From positions 11,222,001 to 11,286,000 of the forward strand of contig OZ024743.1 in assembly GCA_964016885.1 (NCBI GenBank): a stretch of DNA of 64,000 nucleotides. The letters are read 5' to 3'. Positions 11,879-23,993 of this stretch are shown here, in pieces. Source of the stretch: Eledone cirrhosa. Taxonomy: Eukaryota. Position 1 is the first letter of the stretch, and every line of letters starts with the position of its first letter. The translations under genes and the position numbers were made by a program. Below the pieces are notes generated by a model, which was given only the letters and a program-made list of their open reading frames with translations, searched no databases and was not told the origin of the DNA.

Positions 11879-13824
11879 GTTGGTGCTGAAAAGTTAAAAG
11901 AGGAAAAGAGATCACTCACCCTTCGCCTCCTGGGGACCAGGCCGCACGATTTCCATGGGGGTGTTGGAGGGGTTGTCTGGATGGGTGGTGGTTTCCGGCG
12001 GGGTGGGGACGCAGATGTTTGGTGGGGTGGGGTCTGGTGGGATGGGGGTGTCTGGGTGGGGAGGCATTTGAGAAGGACGCGGTTGAGTGGTTTCACGCAG
12101 GAATTCCCCACATCCTTCTCAAATGTTTCTTTTAGGGACCTATAAGTTTGTATAGGGACCCTAATCAGTTTTAGGTTCAGTTTTTTGCTATTTTTTATAG
12201 AGTGGGCGAAAGTTTTCCCTTCGGTGAAAACCGAAGGGTCGTTCGTGATGGTCTCCATTAGTGTTTTGTTTTCAGTGTTTATGTAAGTGTAAGTGTAATT
12301 TTCTTGTGTTGTGTTTGTTTTTGTCTGTAGTTCTTGTGTGTGCTTTCGTTTTGTTGTAGGTATTTTGTTTTCAGGAGGTGGGGGTTTTGTTTGTGATATT
12401 TTTGTTGTTTGTGTTGGTGGTTGTATGTTTGTGGTAGTGTTTGCTGGTTTTTTGCTTTTGTGATGTCTTTTCTTTCTTTTCGAGCGATGGGGTTCTCCCT
12501 CGTCTTCACTGGGTGATGGCGAGATAGCCTCATCTGTTGTATCGTCTGTGTGATTGGGGAGGGGTATGTCTTGGGGAGCTGTTGTGTCTGTATGTGATTT
12601 TGCAGTGGTTTTAGGTGGAGTGGGTTTGGGTGGGACTGTGTTTGTTGTGGTTATTTTTGTGTGTTGGTGTTGTTGTTGTGGTGGTGTTGGTGGTTGTGTT
12701 GTTTTGATGGGTGTCGGCAGAAGAGCCTTTTTTTGGTTCATTAGTTTAGGACAGGAAGCCCTCAGGTGACCCCTGCTAAAGCAATGGTAACATGAAGGCC
12801 GCCTATCCTCAACCGAAAGGTTTATGTAGGTAAGTCCGTCCAGGAGTACACGCTGTGGGATCATAGCTATTCGCTCTGGGCTCATTTGCACCAGAACTTC
12901 AATGCTAGTCCCATTGAATACATCTCTGGGGGACTTGCCTACTGACAGTATTCTGTCTTCATCAAAATTGATGAAGCCGCACAGTATCCACCATATGTTC
13001 ACCTTTGGTGTGACACTTGTGATTCTGATCTTTTGTGTCCTTTTTCCCATGTATGTAGGGAAAAAGGTGTACAGGTTGGATACAATTGGCGACACAGAGT
13101 AATTTTGGGCCGTCAATTGATCCTTCATCAGTACCGAAATACTCCCAAAAAGTTTGCTTCTTTGAATGAATGCAATATCATTCATTGAATCTTTGAAAAC
13201 CAGTTCAATATCTTTCTGTGACAATTGGACTGGTTTTCGGCTAGAATTGGAAACTGTCCTAAAAACTATCGTTTTGAAAGCAGTTTCCTTGCGAATTTCT
13301 ACCGGAGAATTGATGCTGAAAGCACCATTTTTTTCGAAGGTGACATATCTCTTAGCGTCCTTTAAAAGGTGTTCAGCATTTGTTATGTCGAGATATATCA
13401 ATTGTTCTTTCTTTTGAACTTTCTCCGCAAAGGAGATTTTTGGTTTCTTTGTGGAATCCGTATTGGTGGTGTTGTCATTATTGTTGTTATTCTTGTTGTT
13501 ATTCTTGTTGTCACCGATGTTGGTATCATCCGTATTTTCCTTGGTGTTGTTGTTGTCTTTGATGCTGGTGTTATTGGCGTTGTCTTTATTTTTTTCTTTG
13601 TTGTTGTTATCATTGTTGCTTTTATCATCATTATTGGTTTTGCTGTTATTTTTGTTGTCATTGAGCTGTTTGGTGTCATTTGTGTTGTTTGGATGTGAAT
13701 TCGTTTTTTTATTTTCATTTTGTCTTTCCATCTCTATAGTATCTAGTGAAGAAGACGTTGTTGACTGCGAGCTTTGTAGTCTTACCGCCTCTCCACCACC
13801 ATTATCGTTGGACGCAGCGTTCAT
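11875..13824 (-). CDS. ORF1 gag-like nucleic-acid-binding protein, 649 aa
   Basis: CCHC knuckle CYHCFSRGHLRASC, Asn-rich N-terminus, Pro/Thr-rich C-terminal half. It is homologous to ORF1 of the other two full-length copies. Confidence 0.88.
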   Translation of the reverse strand: MNAASNDNGGGEAVRLQSSQSTTSSSLDTIEMERQNENKKTNSHPNNTNDTKQLNDNKNNSKTNNDDKSNNDNNNKEKNKDNANNTSIKDNNNTKENTDDTNIGDNKNNNKNNNNNDNTTNTDSTKKPKISFAEKVQKKEQLIYLDITNAEHLLKDAKRYVTFEKNGAFSINSPVEIRKETAFKTIVFRTVSNSSRKPVQLSQKDIELVFKDSMNDIAFIQRSKLFGSISVLMKDQLTAQNYSVSPIVSNLYTFFPTYMGKRTQKIRITSVTPKVNIWWILCGFINFDEDRILSVGKSPRDVFNGTSIEVLVQMSPERIAMIPQRVLLDGLTYINLSVEDRRPSCYHCFSRGHLRASCPKLMNQKKALLPTPIKTTQPPTPPQQQHQHTKITTTNTVPPKPTPPKTTAKSHTDTTAPQDIPLPNHTDDTTDEAISPSPSEDEGEPHRSKRKKRHHKSKKPANTTTNIQPPTQTTKISQTKPPPPENKIPTTKRKHTQELQTKTNTTQENYTYTYINTENKTLMETITNDPSVFTEGKTFAHSIKNSKKLNLKLIRVPIQTYRSLKETFEKDVGNSCVKPLNRVLLKCLPTQTPPSHQTPPHQTSASPPRRKPPPIQTTPPTPPWKSCGLVPRRRRVSDLFSSFNFSAPT

Positions 13825-14041
13825 AACGTAATCAAAATTTTACAATATTTTTTCCAAGATTCGATGGAGAAAAATTTTTTAAATGGATATTCCGCCCCTG
13901 AAGGGGCGAAAATGAGTTGACCCACCACCTGAAGGTCCAGACGGGTGGTCAAGTTACACAATGATATAAAATTGAACTAAAAACTCACGTTTTTTCCTTA
14001 CATAAATTAACGGAAACTTCTCCGCGAAGTGACACACGACT

Positions 14042-14048
14042 GATAGAG

Positions 14049-14117
<69 letters not shown>

Positions 14118-14120
14118 GAC

Positions 14121-14184
<64 letters not shown>
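14042..14184. repeat. (GATA)n between Tx1 copies 1 and 2
   Basis: Directly visible. Confidence 0.98.
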
Positions 14185-14185
<1 letters not shown>

Positions 14186-14449
14186 TGTTTCTTTTATTTG
14201 CCACCAGGGCATCAAAAGTGGGACAAGTACAATGGGGGGAGTTTACAAAACAAGGCGTCCTCAATAAGGAGGAGGCAATAATAATATATAAAAATAAAAT
14301 AAAATATTACAAAAAATAAAATTTATAACAAAGTCCTCAATAGAGAGGAGGCGCCTTGGGGGGTCGCACACACCCCCGAAAAAAGTGTGCAACCCTTCTC
14401 CTCAGGAGCACAGAGAAGGGGTGCTCCCTTGGTCTTTCATCTTCTTCAC

Positions 14450-17400
14450 CTATAGTCTGATGTAGAGTGAAGGCCCATTCACACGGGTCATTCTCGCCAC
14501 TTTCACCCATCTTTCATAGAAACGGCTGGGGTGCAGCACCTCTCTCTCCATCCTGATCCTTCTTCCGAAATGATATCGGAAGAAACGGACCAGTTGTTGG
14601 CCAGAGAGAAAGGTGTCTGACCTCAGTCCTTTCAGACGCGTCCACCATACAACCTCTTTCGCCATGGCTATTACGCACAGAAACACCGCCTCTCCTTCGT
14701 TTTTGAAGAGGGGAGGCGGCTTGATCGTTACAATAGACTCGGTGGTCAACCGGATCGGTCCCACCCTTGACAGCAGTTGTTCGACATAGTCCCACAAATC
14801 GGCAATGCCCGAGCAGTGTACCAATGCGTGTGCAACGGTTTCCTCGTCGCACACGCATCTGGGACAGATCTTTTTCGATGGGTCCCTACCCGGGCGCCCG
14901 TGTCTGTATAGCCTTTCTCGAACGGGCAGAGCCCTTCTGTAGCATTGCCAGGTCAGGGACCTCTGGAAGTTATCCATGAGTCCCGGGCTGAATGTCCTAC
15001 CGAACAGGTTGTCCAGTTCGTCTTCCTCCATGCCTAGGGCTTCTCCGAGGGCGTCGTCGCACCTGCTAACCACCAGCCCTCTATAGAATGACGAGGTGGA
15101 TTCTCCACCGACAGCCTGTCCGCCTGCCAGAGAGCCGTGAGCGCCTGGGCACACTCAGTGTGCCAGGCGCCCAGTTTTCTCGGTCTTTGCTTGACCCAGG
15201 ATTGCAGCTCGATGAGTGAGACGAGTCTGGGGAAGGCTCGCCTCAGAAACGGGGCCCACACTGGTTGACCGGAGAGGAATACCTGAAGGTGCCGTAGCCT
15301 TAATGCGTGTTTACGTATCATTAGCCACGGCATCCCCAGCCCTCCTTTCGAAGGGTGTTGACAGCAGATGGATCTCCTCACCATAGGAGCCCGCTTTTTC
15401 CAAAGGAATTGGAAGAGTGCGCGCTCCATTTTGGCGAGCGTTTCCCTTGGGCAAGGCACAACGGTCAGGCGGTAGTAGATGACGGACGCTATATAAGTGT
15501 TCGCCACCTCCGCCCGACCTTTCAGGGACAGTTTGCACTCGGCCCACTTCTGGGTCAGTGAAAACACCCTGTTCGTCACCTCACCCCAGTTCTTCTCCAC
15601 CTGGAGGTCTGGTCCGAACCAGACCCCGAGCAACTTCACCGGGCCCTCCGTCCAGCGCCCGACGACGCCATCGGAGGGCATCGATCTGCCCCTCCACGTG
15701 CCGAGTTGCAGACCGATCGACTTGTCCCGGTTCAGCTTAGCCCCTGTAAACCTTTCGTACTCCTCCAGTAAGGTGCCGATCGCCCCGATTTCCGAGGCCG
15801 TCGACACCATTACTGTTACGTCATCGGCGTAGGCTGACACCGCTTTCCGCAATCCCGGTTCCAACGGGATGCCCTGCAACAACTCCAACTTCCGCAGCAG
15901 TGGCTCTAGAGTCATTACATACAGAAGGGAGTAGAGAGGGCACCCCTGTCGGATGGACCGCGCGATTTCGAACGGCTCCGAGAGGTAGCCGTTCACCTTG
16001 ACCCTAGAGCAGATGCGGCTGCTGTGCATGGCATTGATCCAGCCCCTGAAAACGGGTCCGAAGCCTGCCGCCGCTAGCACCGGATACAGGTAACCATGGT
16101 CAACCCTATCGAATGCCTTAGATTGATCCAAGTTGATCAGGGCCCCACCAAAGCCGGGTTCGTTCCCAACTCTCTCTATGATGTATCGCATGAGGTGGAG
16201 GTTATCGTGGATGGACCTGGACGGGATAGCACATGTCTGCTCATCTCCCACCAGGTTGCCCACGACAAGCGCCAACCTCTTTGCTAGCACCTTGGCCAAA
16301 ATCTGTAACTCTGTATTTAGCAGAGTTATGGGCCTGAAATTATTTATATCGTCCCCCTTGTTCTCGTCCTTCCTCACTAGCGTGACTACGCCCTTGGTCA
16401 CAGCACAGGGAATTCTCCCGTTCTGTTGCCAGTTGCAGTAGACCGCCTCGAGGAGATCGGGGAACAAGTTCGGCATAGCTAGATATAGTTCGTATGGAAG
16501 ACCATCGAGACCCGGGGGTTTGCGTTTGCCGCATTAGCTCAGCACGTCCTCTATCTCAGCGGCTGAAATCGGCTCCTCGCAGGACTTCGCCTCCCTGTCC
16601 GAGAGACGCGGCAGGCCGTCGAGGTATGGACCGAAGTCCACGTCCCCAACTGGCCCCCCGCCCCCGCCCCCTCCGAACAATCCGGCAAAGTGCTTTTGAA
16701 AAGCCTCGCACATCTGCTTAGGTTCAAGGATCACCCGTCCATCCTGGTCTCGAAAAGACCGGATAGTGGATCTGCTCCCTCTTTTGGCTTCTGTCACGCG
16801 GGCCCAGCTAACAGCTTTGGTCCCCTCGTTTCCCAGAGCACGTATTTTGCTTCGGACGATGCAGCCTTCGTGTTTCGCGTCGAAGAACTGGCCCAGGGCC
16901 GTTCTCGACGCTAGCACTCTAGCCACGTGGCCGCTTCTAATTGCCTCTTCTACACTATCTACCAACTCCCTTTCCTTCCTATTTCTATTGGAGGCTAACT
17001 CCTTACTAAATTCTATAGAGACTACTCTAATCTCTCTTTTGAGAGGTCCCCACCACCTGCTGTTGACGATGGCGCCCGTCAACCGCTCCCTAACTAAGGT
17101 GCTAATCCGGTCCCTGTAAGCCTTACTTGCCGGTAAGGACAAGTTGAGCTTCCAGTAACCGGGTCCCTGTCTATGAGTTCTGTCAAGGTTGATCATGCAG
17201 GTCACTAACTTGTGGTCTGAATAGCCAACCATGCGCATTTTTGGACAACTTAAAAAGTCCTTATCCTTAATTCTAACTAAGAACCTATCTAGGTACGACC
17301 TAGATGATCCGCTACGATTTGCCCAAGTCCAGGTTGGTGCAGTCGGAAAATCTAGTCGATATCTATCGGCGAGGTCAAATCGACCGATTAACCCTTTGAG

Positions 17401-17892
17401 GCTATTACACCCCTCTCTATCGGGACAGGCCCCTACGTAGTCCCAGCGTGCATCTAGGATACCATTCCAGTCCCCCACTAATAGCAAGGAGCGGGACGTC
17501 CCTAGAAAAGTCTCCAGACGATGGAAGAAGTCCGGCCGCATTGACCCGAAAGGGCCGTAGGCGGCTACCAACCTAAACGCTCCGCCTTTACCACTGCCAA
17601 GGTCCAGAACCACTAGTCGACCCTCCGGGTCCAAATGTACCATCTGTGTTGCGAGACCCAGATATTTTTGCAGCAGAACGACAACTCCACCCCCACCTCC
17701 GGGCTGACAGAGAGATGCGTGCATCTCAAAGTCATCAAAGGTAGGGGCCAGCTGTCGCACGTTGCTGATCCGAGCCTCACAAATAACCATCACATCTATA
17801 CGTTGTGACCTGAGGGCATTTAGAAGCATTGCTTGCTTCCAAGTTGAGCCCAGGCCACGCGCATTTAAACAGCCTACTCTTAGCATAGCCAT
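14450..17892 (-). pseudogene. ORF2 (APE-RT-ZnF) with one nonsense codon (16534-16536) and one frameshift (about 15115)
   Basis: ORF pieces 16534-17916, 15034-16476 and 14450-15154 align end to end with copy 1 ORF2. AGC TAA TGC replaces AGC CAA TGC. Confidence 0.88.
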
Positions 17893-19698
17893 GTTGGTGG
17901 TGAAGAGAAAAGGCACTTACCTCTCTGCGTCCCGGGTATCGGGCTGCACAATTTCCATTAGGGTGGGGGTGGGTTGTTGGGTGGGGTGGTGGTTTGTGGA
18001 AGTGTAGGGGCATCAGTGTGTTGTGTGGTTGGGGAGCTTGGAGTTGTGTGGGTGTTTGGGGAGGGGGTGGGGTAGTTTTTTTTAGGAGGACGCGGTTAAT
18101 GGGCCCGACGCAGGGGGGACCCACGTCCTCTTTAAAATTGTTTTTTAAAGTTTTATAGGTGTCCTGTGGGGCCTTAATCATTTTGAGGTGGGGGAAATCC
18201 CCTGCCTGGGTGAAGTTAGGCCCTTGTGTTTTTATTAGATTGTTGTTGTACACAATGTTTAACAGTTTTTTTGTTTCTTGTGTTTATGTATGTGTATGCA
18301 TGTTTTTGTTTTTGTGTGGTGTTTTTTGTTTGCTGTTGTTGTGAGCTCTTTTGTGTTGGTGTCAGTGTTATGTTTTGGGGAGGGGTTGTTTTCATTTGTG
18401 TGTCTGAGGTGTGTTTTCTTTTTTTTCTTTTGATTGTGTGGAAGTGCTCCTCCTCGTCTGACGACGAACTAGGGTCATCTTCCGCGTTGAAGGGGAGGGG
18501 TATATTTTCGGGTTGTGTTTGCGGTGCCGGGTGTTTTGGAAATTGTTTTTGTTTTTTGAGTGGAGGGGATGGGTTGGACATTGTTTTGTTTTGGTTTGAG
18601 CTGTGGTGGTTGTTTTTGTAGTGGTAGTTGTGGTGATTGTGTTGGTTGTGCAGTTGTTGGTGGTGTAGGCAGGATTGGGGTTTTCTTATTAAATTGGGGA
18701 CAGACAGCCCTCAGGTGACCTCTGGTTCCGCAGAGGTAACACGAGGGCCGTCTACCCTCAACGGTAATGTTGATGAAGGTTAGATCATCCAGTATGACGC
18801 GTTCAGGGATCTGGGCGATCCTTTCGGGCCTCATTTGAACTACAAGTTCGAGGCTCGTTCCACTGAACGCGTCACCCGATGCCTTTCCCATGGACACCAG
18901 CATGTCATCCTCCAGGTCCAGGAAACCTGTCAAAACCCACCATATGTCCATAATCGGCAGGATGGTGTGGATTTTTATTTTTTGTGTTCTTCTACCCATG
19001 TACGTAGGGTAGAAGGTGTATGCGGTGGATGTGATTGGTTTGATGGACAGTTTCACTGCTGTGTCCCTGTCCTTCATGAGAATGGATAGACTCCCGTAGA
19101 GTCTATCCTTCTGAATGAAGGTGGTGTCCTTCATGACGTCTTTTAAAACCAGCTCTATCTCACTCTGTGATGGTTGAGCTGGTTTTTTACTTTTATTTGA
19201 GATTGTCCTAAACATGACCGTGTTTAGGAGTCTCTGGCTTTTTAGTTCCGGGGGGGGGGGGGGGGAATGGATTGTGAATGAACCATTTTCTCCGTACACT
19301 ATATATTTTTTCGCATCTGCCAGTAGCTCCTTCGCTTTGGTTATATCTACTGGCAGATAGTCGAGGGTTTTCCTTGTCGTCTCGGCGAAGGAGAAATTTT
19401 GTTTGTTTGTGTTGTTGTCGTTGGTGGTGTTGTTGTTATCATTGTTGTTGTTGTCACAGTTATTGGTCTTGTTGTTGTTGTTATTGTTATTGGTGTTGTT
19501 TTCGTCCGTCGCATTGTTGTTGTTGGTGCCGCTGGTTGTTGCCATGGCAACGTCAAGTTGTCGGTTAACAGGTGGAGAGAATTCTTCCTCTGGCTGACCT
19601 TTCTTCTTGACCTCTGCTACTGTGACAGTGGCAGGGGGAAGCTGTAAGTTTATCTTCCCCTTTCCTCCTTTGAATTTTGGTGAAGAAGCTTCGGCCAT
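17777..19698 (-). pseudogene. ORF1 with two frameshifts (about 18590 and 18250)
   Basis: Pieces 18475-19728, 18216-18581 and 17777-18253 match copy 1 ORF1 (CYLCGTRGHLRAVC, YTYINT, PINRVLLK). Assembly indel errors cannot be excluded. Confidence 0.82.
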
Positions 19699-19920
19699 TT
19701 TAAAAAATATTGACTTTTCAACAAGCAAAAAACTTCTTTTTTTTTTTGTTTAACTATTTCGCCTAAAGGCGTAGAATATTTTGAGAGACTGACCAGATCA
19801 AAGTTTGACCTGGCAGTCCCTCTACAAAATGGTACAAAAATGAAAGTTCACAGTTTACAATTTCCGGATGAATTTAAACAAAACTTACCGAGCGAGCTCA
19901 GCACATGTGTCCATCGTAAA

Positions 19921-19921
19921 G

Positions 19922-20013
<92 letters not shown>
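19921..20013. repeat. (GATA)n at the 5' flank of Tx1 copy 2
   Basis: Directly visible. Confidence 0.98.
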
Positions 20014-20466
20014 GCACACACATACATATATGTATATATAAAGAGAGAATGAGAGAGAGAGATGAGAAAGGAAGAGAGCACAAAGTATATTAGGTTTAAT
20101 ATAAATTTAATGTAAATATAACTGGATTTATTAATTAATTAGAAATCACGCTGTGAAAAGAAGGAAATGTAAACACACTTTCCACTCTTCCAACAGTATG
20201 TAAAAAAATATAAAATATTATCTTTACACGTTTCAGAGATTATTATCTCATCATTAATAAACGAAGTCTAGATATGAGGGTATCAAACTTCCTGTTATGA
20301 GTGCACTTTTCCCAGCAGTTAAATTGAACTCATAAACAGAAGTCAACAGTAAACATTTATACGCTTATCGCCAAAACTATGGAATCAAAAAATACAACTG
20401 AAAATACATGATTTTTTTTTTTTTTTGGTATTTGTTTATTCTTTGATTTTTATATGAAATCTAGAC

Positions 20467-20632
20467 CAGGGTTTCCCAATTTTTTTCAACCACGGAACCC
20501 TTTTTGGTTCAGAAATTTTTTGGGGAACCCAAAGTCTAAATACGTTATATGGTCATAATATAAATATATTCCTCTACCTTTTTTCCTGGAACCCCAGACA
20601 CTCGTTTGCGGAACCCACTTTTGGAACTATTG
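20467..20632. mobile_element. hAT (Charlie-type) MITE
   Basis: Imperfect TIRs cagggtttcccaa / ttggaactattg. The 8-bp flanks atctagac / gtctagac match the NTCTAGAN target preference. Confidence 0.7.
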
Positions 20633-20769
20633 GTCTAGACGAACATCCACTGTAATTAACACAGCTGAAGTTAAGTGTTATTCATATTTTGTTATTGTTT
20701 TGATTTAGCTCTTAAATCACTGAAAACGTCTTTGTTTAAGTCACAATTGATTTAGTACTAGCAACTTTT

Positions 20770-21185
20770 GATTCCGTCCTGCTTTATGGCAGTGAAACGT
20801 GGACTATTGACAAAGTGCTATGCAAGGGACTTGACGGATGTTACACGAGGATGTTGTGAATGGTTCTCAACATTTCTTGGAAACAGAAGCTGACAAATAA
20901 GGAACTATACAGATCACTACCACAAGTCTTAAAAAAAGTTGCCTGCAGACGAATGAAACTGGCTGGGCACTGCATCCGTCATCCAGAAGAGATAGCACCG
21001 CAACTTGGGCTGTGGAAACTGGCAGTCAGACGAAGTGTGGGAAGACAGGCTGTCTCATTCATTGATACCCTGCTGAAAAATGTCAACATTGATAACATCG
21101 ATGAACTGAGAAATGTCATGCTTGAACGGGACGATTGGGGAAAGCGTGCTGAATCTTTGCGAGTGTAAACTCGGCCGAAGACGAA
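20770..21185 (+). mobile_element. RTE-type LINE 3' fragment
   Basis: SVLLYGSETWTIDK..LDGCYTRML*MVLNISWKQKLTNKELY..RRMKLAGHCIRH. Confidence 0.85.
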
Positions 21186-21434
21186 GAATAGACAGTGAAT
21201 TGAAATATAATTGGCTGATATTTCTAGCCTGTCAAACCATCATATAAAGATCCCCTCATAATGCTCGACTATAGTATTTTCTCTTACAAATAGTTTAATA
21301 AATTTAATACGTTTCGTATTCTAGTTTCAGAATTTTTATTACGAAACATTACACTGATAATTCTAAATTAAAAACAAAGTAATGGTTATTTTTTCTAACA
21401 TTATTGTATTTATTTTTGATTGTTTTTATGAAAG

Positions 21435-21501
21435 AAAAGCACAGAAATATGTATGGAATTACACCGTTATATGATGCAGCCCGGGGCGGGAGAAGTAACA
21501 T
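21435..21501 (+). CDS. Candidate host coding exon (NMYGITPLYDAARGGRSN)
   Basis: Upstream ctaac and T-rich tract with AG at 21434 (alternative CAG at 21444). Perfect gtaagt donor at 21502. Phase-compatible with 23918. Confidence 0.35.
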
Positions 21502-21606
21502 GTAAGTTAGGAAGACTAAATCTAATGACAGCGAGTGACTATCTGACTCAGTTATTTCACTGGTTACGATCTTGAAGATGAGTTGACTGTTAACTATACG
21601 TATATA

Positions 21607-21658
<52 letters not shown>

Positions 21659-22112
21659 TTCATAGTTACTTAAGTGTATATATATATAAATATATATATA
21701 TGTGTGTGTGTATATATGTATATATATATATATACTTATATGAGTGTGTGTGTGTGTGTGCGTGTATGTACACTTGATATATAAGAATTGTAATAATCCT
21801 GACATTGTATCTCTACGGAATGGGGCTACAGATGCACTGCAAGTACTTAGTTAAAAAAAAAAGAAATAGAAAACATACATCTGAGAAAACTACGAAGCAA
21901 GTTAGACATTAAGATTTAATTCTTTTCACCGTGAGAATATATACTGCAAAACCTTTTATGTAAACGATCTCCTATGTTGGTGTCATAATAGCAAATATAA
22001 ACAGATAAAAACTATTAAATGTTACGATTAAGGACTTTAATCATTGAACATAAGTCATCAGCTGTGTAAGAGAAATTCATCTTTAGACATACACACATAC
22101 TTAAATAGCTGC

Positions 22113-22152
<40 letters not shown>

Positions 22153-22174
22153 GTACGCACACACACACACACAC

Positions 22175-22232
<58 letters not shown>

Positions 22233-22261
22233 GTATACATATATATATATATGTATATACG

Positions 22262-22354
<93 letters not shown>

Positions 22355-22502
22355 ATGTATGTATGTGTGTGCGTGAAAGGGTCGTAATTGTGTATAATCA
22401 ATATAGACCTTAATGTGAAACCTCGATTTGTTTTCAATATATACATTCTGCCTTTGCATAGGGTGCTAATTTTGGTACCCTCCTCAGTGTACCACATATT
22501 AT

Positions 22503-23135
<633 letters not shown>

Positions 23136-23917
23136 ATTAGTAGGTAAAATTATCCAAGGTATAGTGCAACTCTAGTCCGTAGGGCGAGTTTGACATTTCA
23201 AATTTAAGTCAATGTTATTTATACTGTCTGTTCGTCTCTCAAAATATCAGTCAATTCTATTGGGTTAATCTAATTTTGCAATCGTTATTCTTACTTTGAA
23301 ATCCTTAATCTCACTTTGAATTGACAAGGCCTAAGTTTGTCCTAACTTAGAATTGCAAATACTCTAGTTGATTTTGATATAGTTGACTAAAACTCTAGAA
23401 GTGGCCATCACAATATTTCGGTGAATATGCGCCTTACGGATTAGGATGTTTGGCCACGATCGTTTGTTTGATACTCGGTGACGCATTGTGTTCTTCAGCA
23501 AATCTCTATACTTTACGTTGTTTCAGTCTACCCAGCTGGGGAAAATGAGTTGTACCTGAAAAATGAATTGTCAGGCTGTATCCCCTGGCAACTACATTAA
23601 GGGAATACGCGTCAGTGGAATGTTCAGCAATTTGCATATTCATGTCATGAGAAAGTTGTTCCCTTCATCAAACAACTGGAACACTCGTCGTTGGAAACAA
23701 CAGAAGTCCAACACATCACATGAATTGTTATTGATATTCCAGTGGAAGAAGCTTCAAGTTGAAATCAAACGGGTGTTGTTGTCTCTCGCACCTTATTACA
23801 GCTCTGAAACGAGTAAAATTACACCTCCACAAAGAATTCTTTTCAGTAACTTACCAGCGCGCTCTAACGTATAATATTTTTGTTTATTTTACTGAACGAA
23901 ACTTAAGGCATTTATAG

Positions 23918-23993
23918 CATGGAAATGACCAATTATCCCATAGAAAGTACGGAAGATATCCAGTGTGCTATACAGTATGCTTCATTGATAGCT
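23918..23993 (+). CDS. Candidate host coding exon (MEMTNYPIESTEDIQCAIQYASLIA)
   Basis: tttatag acceptor, gtaagg donor, open frame, and phases that match both neighbouring candidates. Confidence 0.35.

Larger units (their letters stand above)
14184..19920 (-). mobile_element. Full-length Tx1-like element, copy 2 (interrupted ORFs), inserted in (GATA)n
   Basis: Same architecture as copy 1, with (GATA)n on both flanks. Confidence 0.92.

Noticed and set aside
11886-11919. 34-nt mini-intron fusing ORF1 to ORF2 in copy 1
   Set aside because: Removing GTGAGT..TTCAG puts ORF1 into the third frame (HQHSQYK..), not ORF2. Copies 2 and 5 have no AG between the donor and the ORF2 ATG.
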